A DNA stretch of 64,000 nt, from contig OZ316899.1 of the NCBI GenBank assembly GCA_973895155.1, positions 11,063,135 through 11,127,134 of the forward strand. The letters run 5' to 3'. Position 1 is the stretch's first letter; each line of letters starts with the position of its first letter. Positions 13,808-25,472 of this stretch are shown here, piece by piece. The position numbers were made by a program, and so were the translations under genes. The notes under the pieces were generated by a model. It saw only the letters and a program-made list of their open reading frames with translations, did no database searches and was not told the origin of the DNA. This stretch comes from Marsupella aquatica. Lineage: Eukaryota > Plantae > Marchantiophyta.

Positions 13808-14940
13808 AGTTTAGGGTTTATTGTAGGGTTTACCCTTACCTTGTTCCTCATGGCTCCCTCCCCCGGCCTTGCATACACCAAGGGATCAACTCCAATCCTG
13901 CCATCCTCCAAGTGTCAACTCATCATGACCCCGCATTGTGCGGCGATCTCATCACGAGCCTTGTTGGCATCAAACCAGGGCTCCTCACGTTTACGGTTCT
14001 CGGGTTCCATGTATACCCTTAATTGTTTATGGTTTTCTTGTCTTTTCCTCCTTATACTAGTGGTTTTATTGTATACCATCCGGTTTTACCTTTTACACGG
14101 CCTAGTGATTCCTGGCTAGGCATCACATAGCTCCCCACTTAATTGTGAAGCATCCTAGCGAACAACCTCATCTTTGTCCATGTAGTATCTCTTTAGGCGG
14201 TCGTAGTGTATGCAAATTGGGTATACCTCCCTTGTGATGTTAGCCAGTTGAACAGACCCATTGGAGAACTTCATGTTTACCCTAAAGGGTCCTAGCCATC
14301 AAGTGTAAAGTTTACCTGGAAACTTACTATACCTACTGTCATAGAGTAATACTAGGTCTCCCGTCTGGATACTAACTGGTTTCAGCTTTTTGTCTTATTG
14401 TTGCTTCATAGTATTCTGCCTATGTTCTACTCTTTCAGCTGAAATCATCCTTTCCTCTTCTAAGGCCTCTAATTTATATTCTCACTCCCTTAAGCTTTCT
14501 TCCTCTGATGATCTCTCCTTAATTGTAACTTGAAATGTACTAAAGCTTCCTGTCCGAAAGTTAAGAAGAAGGGTGTATGGCCGGTGGTTGACTTGTAGCC
14601 TGAATTGTAAGCAAAGACAGCAGCAAACAATTTGTCATCCCAATCAATTTTGTTTTGGGCCACTGTCTTGTTTAAGATCTTACCAATGATGCCATTTGCT
14701 AGTTCGGTTAGCCCATTTGGTTTTGGGTGGTAAGGGGTGGTAGGCCGATGACGTACTAGGTACTGCTCATTTAAACGGCTGACTATATCATTCAAGAAAT
14801 GAGTTCCTCTATCACTTACTAATTCTAGGGGTGCTCCATACCTTGTAAAGATTTGCTCATACATAAAACGAGCCGTGGTGACTGCATCGTCCTTTGTCGT
14901 TGGCCTGGCATCCACCCACTTAGTTGCATAATCCGTAGCT
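13808..14940 (-). mobile_element. Ty3/Gypsy LTR retrotransposon remnant (integrase, PPT, 3' LTR part)
   Basis: Minus-strand integrase core YATKWVDARPT...IFTRYGAPLELVSDRGTHF...TTPYHPKPNGLTELANG, then a degenerate GPF-type C-terminal region; PPT AAGTGGGGAGC followed by LTR start TGTGATG at 14127. Confidence 0.85.
14490..14940 (-). pseudogene. Gypsy integrase (rve) fragment
   Basis: ORF 14490-14915 with DDE motifs SDRGTHF and NGLTE; truncated upstream, frameshifted downstream. Confidence 0.85.
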
Positions 14941-16271
14941 AAGATGGGTTTACCGTTTAGGGTTTTGGGTTTACCCTAGTTTCATGGTCTTTTTTCCACG
15001 CATGCCCGAAAATCTTTGTATTTTCGTCATGCCATGAAAATACAAAGTAATCACTTTACAAATTAAATTGATCCACACACCATTCTTCAAATGTCATTGC
15101 ATCGGGAACCTGGATAGCAGTGCGGCTTTCTTCCCGTACTCCCCTCGCATCAACTCTGCCCACCCTGCCTTCTACCTCCCTACTACACGACTATATACAT
15201 TTTCATGCTGCCCAGCAATTGCAATGCCCGGACTTTGCAATCTTTTTGTGGTCTTTTTGCCACAAGTGCCCGACAAAGATCATCCCGCCATGAAAATACA
15301 AAGGAAACAACATTACAAAGTAAGTCGATCCCCATGCCATTCTTCAAACGTCACTACGTTAGGAGCCCAGATAGCACTGCGCCCTTCTTCCCTTTGTTTA
15401 GGGTTTACTATAGGGTTTACCCTTACCTTGTTCCTCGGGGCTCTCTCCCCGGCCTTGCATACACCAAGGGATCAACTCCAATCCTGCCATCCTCCAAATG
15501 TCAACTCATCACAACCCCGCATTGTGCGGCAATCTCATCACGAGCCTTGATGGCATCAAACCAGGGCTCCTCACGTTTACGGTTCAGGATTTACCATTTG
15601 CGGTTCAGGGTTTACCGTTTATAGTTTAGGGTTTACCCTAGTTTTGTGGTCTTCTTGCCATGAGTGCCCAAAACAGACCGTCGTGCCATGAAAATACAAA
15701 GTAAATTGATCCCCGCACCATTCTTCAAACGTCATTGCATCGGGAGCTTGGATAGCATTGCGGCCTTCTTCCCGTACTGCCCTCGCATCAACTCTGCCCA
15801 CCCTGCCTTCTATTGTGTAGAGCCTCTCCATACGCTGCGGTGACTGCTCATCTTTGCCTCTCCTGGAACTTCGCTCAGACACGGGATTCACCTCTTTCTG
15901 GCCAATTCCGTAACACTCACTCGTTTTCCACAATCCAATTGCAACACCCGATTCCTGGCTTTACACCAACTAGGACGGGTGACCCCCAACCCTCAACCCA
16001 CTGCACTCCATGGGCACAGCACTCGGCTTTGAGAACATGAATGCCCTCCACAAAACTATACTAACACTACTATTGTAGTAGTCCCACCTTGCCTTCCACC
16101 TCCCCGCTGCACAACTATCGAGTAGAGCCTCTCCTTGTGCCGCTAGCCCTAAACACTTGCCCCAAAGTTTAGGGTTAGGATTGCCCAAACCTGGAACTAC
16201 CTCAAACTCAAACTCCACTCATGGTAGCAAACCAGGGCACCACTCAGCCTTCCCTCCTAGCGGTTTGGGTT

Positions 16272-16603
16272 TGTTAAGGATTGCTCTTAGTCTTGTGACT
16301 CATAGGTTACGGCAATTAGACTAATCACAGTTAGGGACTTAGCTGAGGTTAGGTTAGTTGTGTGTGACCTTGCATATACCAGGGCTAGTGTAAGCCACTG
16401 GTGTGAGGATGCATGCTCATTGTAACAAAGTGACTTGAGAGAGAGAGTGAGCTCATGTGTGGAAACTACTCTTGAAGTAAAGATTTTGTGTTCGTGTGGA
16501 CGTATCCTCGGAGAAGAGGTGAACCACGTATTGGATTGTGTTGATTATGTGTGCATCAAATTAGTCACAATCTTATTGTCAAGGAGGACGTCATAGTTCA
16601 ACA
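16272..16603 (+). repeat. Copia 5' LTR (332 bp, TG...CA)
   Basis: Starts TGTTAAGG, ends TCAACA; matches 42462 onward with roughly 8% mismatch by eye. Confidence 0.93.
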
Positions 16604-16605
16604 AT

Positions 16606-16617
16606 TGGTATCAGAGC
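16606..16617 (+). promoter_or_regulatory. Primer-binding site (tRNA-iMet)
   Basis: TGGTATCAGAGC 2 nt after the LTR end. Confidence 0.93.
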
Positions 16618-16994
16618 AAGCTTGGGAGTGACGATAGGATTTCACGTGACGTGTTTGTGATGGTTTTTCCAGCGGTTAGTGTCGGTGGATTTCACAGAGT
16701 TTTGTCGCATGGAACTTGGAGATGTTGGGGCTCAACGGATAGATTGGGGCAAGGGCTTTCTAACGGTGCAAAGAAAACATTGAACAGGGTTAGTGGTGTG
16801 GAGGAATTGAAATTTGTGCCGTTCTAGATTTTTTAGTGTAAAAAAATTTGTGTATGACAATTTTTTCAGAGGAGGGATCTGAAATTGTTTTCTCGACGGT
16901 GTTGATATGATCAACTAGCTTGCTCGATAATGAAATCTTGTGAAGTCAAGATGTTGCCCTTTGCATTTCATCCCATAACATCAATGATGAATGT

Positions 16995-19900
16995 ATTTTG
17001 GATTGTGCCTGTACTTATCATATTTGTTGTATGAAAGAGTTTTTTAGTTTTTACTCGGTATCAACCGGTTCCTTGTTGATGAGGAATGATCACCCTTGTC
17101 AAATTGTTGGAATTGGATCTGTGAAAATTTGGATGTTTGATGGAGCTGTGCAAACAGTGAGTAATGTCAGACACACACCTGACATGAAAAAAACTTGATT
17201 TCTCTTGGAATGCTGGAAGCAAATGGATGTTGGTGGAGTTCTGCTGATGGTATTCTTCAAGTGTCAACCGGAGGCAAGGTTGTCATGAAGGGTAAGCGGC
17301 ACAGGAATCTATACTTGTTGGAGGGCAACGTGGTTTGTGAAGAAGCCAATGTAACCAAATCTCAAGGCAAGATGACTCAGTTGTGGCACTACAAATTGGG
17401 ATACATGAGTGAAAAAGGTTTGGCGGTACTTTGCAAGAAAGGACTTCTTTCTAATTTGGAATCTACTAAGCTAAATTTTGTGAGCATTGTGTGCTTGGGA
17501 AGCAGCATAGGAGAAGCTTTGGTGTTGGACACACAATACCAAAGTAATATTTGAGTATGTACATAGTGATGTGTGGGGTCCAGCCCCAACTCCCTCACAT
17601 TGTGGAAAATTATACTATGTCACGTTCATTGATGAGTACTCAAGGTTTGTGTGGATCACATTTCTACACGCTAAGTCTGAAGTTTTCCCCACTTTTAAGA
17701 AGTGGAATCAAACTGGATGCAAGGTGAGATATCTGCGATCAGATAACAGCGGGGAGTACGATTCAAATAAATTTGAATTGTATTGTGCAGAGCAGGGGAT
17801 TACTCACCATCTCATGATAGTTTATATTCCTCAACAGAATGGTGTTTCTGAGCGGCTCAACCAAACACTATTGGAGAGATCGAGGAGTATGTTGAGCCAA
17901 TCAGGTTTACCACATGAATTTTGGGCTGAAGTTATAAATATGGTAGCTTATTTGGTAAATCTTTCTCCTTCAAGTGCAATCAATTTCAAAATGCCGTTTA
18001 AAATGAGGTATGAACGGCAAACAGACTATCAGGTTTTAAGAGTCTTTGGAAGTGATGCATATGCTCTCACACATAAGCAAAATTGATCTAAACTAGATCC
18101 AACTTCCAATAAGTGTCTTTTCCTTGGTTATCAACGTGGTGTGAAAAGATGCACGCTATGGGATCCAGAAGCTTGTACGTTGCTTGTCAATAAAGATGTA
18201 TCATTTAATGAATCCAGATCATCAAAGGAGGGAGAAAATGCTCAGGCTTCCCGTACTTACAAAGGTAAATCTCCAATCCCAAACCATGTTGAGGGGGAGA
18301 TTGGTCATGAGGATTTTCATGATGAAGGAGGTGCTCCGATAATGGAGCTGGTTCTGGTGGTGTAACAAGAGGAGCAGGTTGTTGCTGGAATACCTCAAAT
18401 TCAACCAGCAATGCAAGATCAGCCAGAATCATCTGCTAGAAAATCAAGACACACTACTCAAACTCCTACAAGGTATGGACAATGAACAGATTCATCAAGA
18501 TTATATGATGCTGACATTGCACTTGATGATGATGACAGGGCACTGATCTTGGAAGAAGGAGAACCTTCTTCATATCATGATGCATGTATTTCAGACAAGA
18601 AAGATGAATGAAATGAAGCAATGCAGAGGGAGTTGAAATCTTCAAGTGACAACAAAACATGGGAGCTGGTGCAACTGCCAAGTAATCAACAAGTGGTGGA
18701 TAGCAAATGGATTTACAAGCTGAATGACAACTCTTCAGATGGAGGAGACAGGATATACAAGGCAAGGCTTATTGCCAAGGGATTCACTCAAGAGAAGGGA
18801 GTGGATTACAATGAGGTCTTCTCACCAGTTGCCAAGTATTCCACAATACAAATTTTGTGTCAACTTGTTGTATTTTTTGATTTGGTGTTAGATCAAATGG
18901 ATGTTGTTACTGCTTTTTTCTATGGCACTTTGGAGGAACAAATTTTCATGAGGCAACCCACTGGGCTTTGTGAAGAAGGGCCAAGAGAGTTTAGTTGTAG
19001 ATTGCTTAAGTCCCTATATGGATTGAAGCAAGCTCCTCGACAGTGGAACAAGCGGTTTGATGATTTCATGCTTGCACAAGGATTCACTAGGATGGTGTAT
19101 AACCCTTGTGTGTATACAAAATCAGTCAAGAATGGTGTTTTTGGTTTACTCATTTTGGTGCTCTATGTGAATGACATGTTGATTGTGGCTAAGGATCAAT
19201 CGCATGCGATGTTTTAGGTTTGACCCCCCTAACTTATAAGTGAAAAATATTTTTTTGCAAAGCCCTTTATTTCTTTAGATTTTGTCATTTTTATTAAAAA
19301 ACCCCTAAAAACTTTAAAGAAAGTATTTTTTGCAATTAAATAGGCCTATGTGTTCTTTAAAGTCAACCAGTCAATAAAACATGTCCTATGTGTTCTTCCA
19401 TCAAACTTTGGAAGTCTTCCACCACGCCCATTTAAATGGGCCTATACTTCATCGCATGTGATGTACCACTTCCGTGGAAGTGACCCCCCGAGTGGATAAG
19501 TGGAACTTAGGCTCATTGTTATGGAGCCACTTGAGAGATGAGGAGAGCTTACACTGTGGAGACTTGGTATGACCGACGGGCTTAAAGTTTAGTAAAGCTC
19601 TCTTGTATGTTCCTGTGGACGTACCCTTGAGGAGGTGAACCACGTATCTCTTGTGTTGACTACTTGATCGTTGGATGTGTCATGTGCTTACCATTGCAAT
19701 TGTCGTCTATGCTCAACAGACAAACTCAAAGCAAAATTGAGTTTTGAATTCCAAATGAAGGAACTTGGGAAAGCCAAGAGGATCTTAGGTATGGAGATTA
19801 CAAGGAACTTTGAGACTGGACAGTTGTGGTTGAATCAAGGCAAGTATGCTAAAAAGGTACTTGCAAGATTCAACATGGACAATTGTAAGCCAGTAAATAT

Positions 19901-20037
19901 TCCTTTGGCTCCACATTTTAAGCTATCATCGGCTTTCTGCCCCATGGATCCAGTGGAGAGAGGCTTGATGACTAAGGTTCCTTATGAGAAGGTAGTGGGT
20001 GGTCTAATATATTTGATGACGTGTACCAGGCTTGATC
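16995..20037 (+). pseudogene. Copia pol pseudogene: protease, GAG-pre-integrase, integrase, RT N-terminal part
   Basis: ILDCACTYHIC; LWHYKLGYMSE; HSDVWGP...FIDEYSR...LRSDNSGEY...QQNGVSER; KARLIAKG...QMDVVTAF...LYGLKQAPRQW...LYVNDML; several frameshifts and stops. Confidence 0.92.
19210..19718 (+). mobile_element. Solo LTR of a related Copia family inserted in RT
   Basis: TGTT...AACA termini; interrupts RT between KDQSH and DKLKAKLS; shares gtggacgta...gaggtgaaccacgta with the host LTR. No clean TSD seen. Confidence 0.7.
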
Positions 20038-20919
20038 GAGGTCTTTACAAAAGGCAGCAAAATAGGAAACAGGAGTTCATAACAGAAATTGGTAACAGGG
20101 AAAAAGACTGGTAATAGGAAAATGGATGGCTCTTTCCTGCATTTTTTCTGCAAAGTTTCTTTTGGAATTTTTTTCTGGTAGCACCTGGCGCTGGTAAAAC
20201 TAGAGCCGACGGTGAGGTGTTTAGGAAAGTTAATATAAGAAACTAGTAGCGGTAGGAATTCTCCAAGACTATTGTTAGGACCGGGCGATGTGAAGAGTCT
20301 ATAATATGCACCAGTTGCACACTCAGAGGATATTTAATGAAGGGGGTTATGAAATGTTTGATCTCGGAACGCTATTTAACTCAGTAATAGTTAACCAAAA
20401 CCTTTCAGTAGCGCCTGGCGCTACTACTCTAATCCCACTAGACAACCATCGTCTATTCCAGCCTCCTCACGATCAGTGTCTTGCCGAAAACCATCTAGCA
20501 GGAACTCCACATAAGTTTGCGATGGCTGTTGATGAATGGTCTCGTCAAGAAATACCAAACTACCGCAAGACAAAGTCTAGAAATAAGAGGCAAAGATCCG
20601 TGACCGTTCCCAGCAAGTTCATTGAATACGACAAAATAGGACGGAAACCAAAACATTTATGCAACCACAACCCATAAAGAATCCACACCAAAGAACCCTT
20701 AGAAAATTGGGAAGCGCCCGGCGCTAGCAAATAATTAACCTAAGCATACGGCTTTACAAATCAACTTCAAGAATCGGAAATAAAAATATAAGAGTGACAG
20801 TATGTTTGAGGAGCGCCTGGCGCTAGTAAAACTTGAAAGGGCTTAAAATCGGCCAATTCATCAAAATGATTACATATTGAAACATTAAATCATGTATTTG
20901 AAGAATGCCCCATTGCTAC

Positions 20920-23900
20920 TTATAAACTATCAGATGTTTCTGATTCGGAGCTTTCAGATCTGTCCGTGGACTCGGCCTTGTCATCAATGTACTTGCTTTG
21001 AGAAACATCATCTATATAAGGGTTTCTCATGAACTTCTTGTCTGCTCCCCTCTAAAGACAAAGACCTTTTGTTTCCCAACAAAGCGTTCTAATTTTGTCA
21101 ACCCTCCTAGCAACATTTTCAGCGTATGAGGGCAAAACAAACGGCTTCTCAAGAGTGACAATTAGATTCCTAGCTAGTCTCCTCCGGAGTTGGAAACGCT
21201 TCTTTAGATTCCATTTTGACCTGATCCAGTAAAACGGAAAAAAATATAAGTATAGGGGAAGAGAGAGCAAGAACCCAGAATTGTCAACAACACTTGAAAG
21301 GATAAAGAAGCTTACTAGAAGAACATTACTCGTTTGAGTCTTCGCTCTTCTCCAAAGAATCTTCCTCCTGGGGTTTCTCGTGTCATCTTTGACGTCTCCA
21401 AAGGTATCTTCCTCTTCATCAAAATCAAAGTTGAGAACAGAGCGGAGCCTATCTTTATTTTTGCGACCACTTATATTGGTCGCGGGAGGAGGCAATATCG
21501 GAACATGCTTGGGATCAAGAAGTTCTAAGAAAACCCTTGATGCAGTCTCAACAGACTCACGCCTATTTTCCAACCCAATCACAAAACGACCAGAAAAATC
21601 CCCATCAATGAATGTGCTTCCTGAACCTACAGTCCAGTCAAGGACAATATCTCAAGGAAGAGTAAAAAGCTCTATCACCAACTGCATAAAACCAACCGAA
21701 AGATAGGCGTTCCCAACAAACTCCAATTCCAGGCAATGATCTGTCTTCAAGGTTGGGAGCCCAATCAAGTTAGAGATCGAAGGATCTTCAGTTATTGATA
21801 AAGGCTTAAACCTTTGGTCCTTTGGTACCTTACCCTTTGAAGAATTTTGGCAAAATATGTTGAGCCTGAGGGTAAATACCTGCACGCATTGCGATCCAAA
21901 TTCTAAAATGATCAACCAATGGGTAATGTCTAGAGAACTACAACAAAGATTAAATTAGCGTCGGGCGCTAACAATAAACAAGGGATGCAATGATCTATAC
22001 CTGAATATCGGTCTTTGCTCTGTACATCGGCATAGACATGATGACATTGTGAGAATTGACACAATGGAACTTTTTTGATTGCCGGCATGCTGCAATGACC
22101 TGCGATACCTGGTTGTGGTCATCTGAATACAAGATTGTAAGCATGCCATCATCAGAAAGGGAAAGGGTCCATCGATCTAAAGAAAGAACTGGGAACTGTG
22201 TGGTCTAGTACATTCCACTTTGGAACCCGACGGTCCATGAGCGTAGGTTTAAGTCCAGTAGGAAGATAAATGAATCCTGCATTGACTCCAAATGATCTTT
22301 CTTTTCCTCCTCTGATGACTCCCTTTTCCCGGGAACCTGACTTGATTAAGTCCTTTCCCCATTTCTCTGCACCAGTCACCCACTCTGGTTTCTCTTCTTT
22401 GTTGAAAGCAGTATCAATAAATTCTTAGATGCTTGTTTCCACCATGCAATGCCTAGAAGATTTTCTCTTGAAGTTTCCCACATCTCTCTGCACACCAGTT
22501 CCAGTGGCATCATCTCGGGAAGATTCTCTTGCTTGAATTGCCCTTTTCTTCTTCTTCTTTGTACTGGTTGCATCAAGAGGGACAATCTCTTTCGCTTTGT
22601 CAACAGGAGTTACTGGGTCTGATTGGGCACCGGTATTGGCTTCGGAAGGCTCAGGAGTGGCATCAACTTTGTTTTGTCTGTTGCAACATCAGACTTTCTC
22701 CCACCTAAAGGAAAAGAACAGAATTTAATCAATGCTTAATAATAGCGCCAGACGCTGACCAAACCAATTAAAAGAAAAAAAACCAATAGACATAGACATA
22801 TAGCAGCACCTGGCGCTAACCAAAATATGAAGCTACAAGCTCAATGGAAACTGACATTTTTTGGCGGACCGTGTTGAGGTACTCGGTGCCGCAGCTTCGG
22901 TTTTTGCTTTTGCTCTGGGTTTGCGACTTCGGTCAACATGAACAACCGTAGTTTCGCACACCGTTTGCAATTCTGCCGTCGACTTGCTCACATCACCTTT
23001 GATTCGCTACTTCATGTCAGACACAAACTTTGGAGGGACCTGAGACTTAGAGAGCTTATGAAATGCGTCTTTCTCAGTGTCGCCGAATGGAGAGTCCCAT
23101 CTATCGGTGTCCAAATACCATGGACAATGAATTCTCTCCCATTCTGACAGTTTCCTTGGTGGAAGACACCCTTCGGCAGGATACATTGAATACACGTCGG
23201 CCATAATGTCTCATTCGGGAACAATGATCTAGTTTTGGAAAGTAATTGGGTATGCCCCAAAAGTAATCTGGCTTCACAATCTCCATATGCATGAAGAAAC
23301 GGTACAGATATCGTTTGGCCCTCTTTTGATTCTTCAGGGTGTAGTCAGCCTTGTCGGGATACCTGGAAGGCCACATTGTATTAAAAAACTTGCCTTTCAC
23401 GGCGTCCCCAAATTTCTTGAAATCATTTGAGACTATTTCAAAAAGCGATTCAATTGAATCACACTACCACCCCTGCAACCGATTGGCGGGGACTATATCA
23501 CTGACTTGGCGTAGGGAGGTTTGCAGCAAACCAACAGCGATTCCCTCCATAGTGTTCCAAGTTTGCCAGGTATGGCACCATTGCTTCACTGGATCATCAT
23601 TAACGCTCTGTGGATGGAAGAATTGTTTCCTCAGCTCCGGTGTACAATGGGCAACCAGAAGGGTACTCCTCAACTTGGGGTCGAGGGTAGAGACAGCGGT
23701 AACCAATCTTGCTTGATCCATTGTACAAACAACTGCATCGGGTTTCTTCTCTCGCTTATTCTTCTCTATCAGGGGGTACATCTCGGCACAGGTCCGCATG
23801 AAATCCTCAAAGGCGAGGCTTAACAGAGGAGTGATTTTTGACACCCTTATCGCCCAATCCTTTGTTACCTCCTTCATCATCGCTGCATGTCTTTTTGAAA

Positions 23901-24510
23901 TCTCTTCGGGAGACCAAGGTGTACCCTGAGCGATAGCAATTTCTAGATCCATCTTAAACTGTCGAGAATAAGACTTGATCTTATTCTCATACAAGATGTA
24001 CAAAAGCGCTTCCTGAGGCATTTTTTTGGTATACCACGATCCCTTTCGTGTTTTTTGCATAATCTGTCCAAACTTCTTGAAATTTGCACCGTCAATGATT
24101 GACTTGTAGTAATCTAGATCATTCGACAAAATTTGGTTGATACAGTCTGCGTCAAGTATCCAAGAGGGTTCGACCACTGCCTGCCCAAGCCTGAAAATGA
24201 GTGAGGGGGTCAGTAGCGCCCGGCGCTAGTGAAACACTGTGATCATAGATTGGAAGAGAAATATGTTGGAAGAGACTTACTGGTTAACAGTGTGCATTGC
24301 CGTGTCAATCTCCCTTTTCTCCCTTGAATATTGTGCACTGGACGCGAGGATGATATTTCACATCAAAAGGATCCTCCTTTGTTACGATGGACCATGCGTA
24401 TAGTCGATGGTTACCATCAAATACTGAAAACATCTTATCCTGTAGGATGGAGAAGTCAAGGTCGGCAGCACATTCCGCCTCAAACTTTTCATTCTCTCTG
24501 ACCCAAATTG
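20920..24510 (-). pseudogene. ParB-like domain fused to an N6-adenine/N4-cytosine DNA methyltransferase-like domain (beta-class motif order); spliced, decayed MULE cargo gene
   Basis: Exons approx >=24510-24281, 24190-22856, 22704-22001, 21937-20920. N-terminal KMFSVFDGNHRLYAW (DGNHR 24404-24418). C-terminal SVGFMQLVIELFTLP*DIVLDWTVGSGSTFIDGDFSGRFVIGLE (about 21570-21700) matches the motif X/I SAM-binding region of N6_N4_Mtase. Motif IV-like GFIYLPTG...VPKWN lies upstream (22257-22268). Confidence 0.72.
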
Positions 24511-25472
24511 GATCCTAGGAAGCACGAGTCTCTGGTGTGCAGATCTGGACTTCTCCATTCAAATCTAAAATCCAGATCTAAAATTCTAAAATGCCTAAAA
24601 TCTTCAATTTTAACATTAGTTGAGGATTCAATATATAGCCATAAGAGGCAGTAATACAACATTAATTTCCCCAAAACCCGTTTTTTGCATATTTCCAATA
24701 CAAAAGAAAACTAGCGTGGGGCGCTAGTAAAAAATAAAGCTATCACAACTACATTATCTGCCTGATTAACGTAATTTAAGCAGACGTTAATTGCAACGTT
24801 CAGCCGACGTGTGGAAAAGTCCCATGCAACGACGTTTAAGTAGCGACATTACTAACGATGTACTCCTGGATGTTCTTACCGTTGCCGACTGCGACGTTCT
24901 CCACTTAACGTTGTATTAGATGACGTTAACATCAACGCGGCATTGTTGATAACATGGGCCTATTGACGTGGCTAGAAATGACGTTAGACATTGTTTAACC
25001 AAGTTTGATACGTTGTACATTGCCATGTAAGACACCACGTTTAATGGGTACAACGTAGTTTAGTTGGTTAAGTGTGACGTTTCTTACGACGTTTGGTACG
25101 GTCTACACAATAAATAACATGGTTATCTGCTTCTGTATGCGGACGTACATTGGGGAACGTTGTCCATCACGATGTTTGGAACAGTTAAGAGTGTAACACA
25201 ACAGGACGTATACACGATTAGGCATGGTAGTACATGACTGGTTCGGGTTGTTGTTCTGGTTCAATATAGAATACATGCATTCATTATACACATTGTAACC
25301 TGGAATGATATGCCACCACAAATGGGTGTTTTGAATACAAATCCAAGATGTAACCTAAACCCTAAACCCTAAACTCCTAGCTAATGTCGTTGAGATTGCC
25401 TATCACGTCCTGACTGTCCGCCTCGCCAACGCAACTCGTACCTCTGGTCATCCTGCTCTGAGGTACTACTAT

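Larger units (their letters stand above)
13330..16260. repeat. Complex degenerate repeat array, LTR-derived, with TTTAGGG-like tracts
   Basis: Unit ...aaagtaa...ccattcttcaaacgtca...gatagca.tg.g.ccttct recurs near 13390, 13715, 15030, 15290 and 15690; block 13808-13999 is repeated at about 15396-15585. Confidence 0.7.

Noticed and set aside
13667-15933. Plus-strand ORFs of 139-160 aa as protein-coding genes
   Set aside because: They are translations of the LTR-derived repeat units, in different frames between copies.
19205-19723. 5-bp TSD for the solo LTR
   Set aside because: Flanks tgcga and gacaa do not match, so the solo-LTR call rests on termini and LTR similarity only.
24530-24760. CACTA terminal inverted repeat and 3-bp TSD
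   Set aside because: No CACTA/CACTG...TAGTG pair found at either boundary; ends left approximate.
25353-25375. Telomere array (also about 32347 and 34619)
   Set aside because: Only 2-3 heptamers; interstitial telo-box-like tracts, not a chromosome end.
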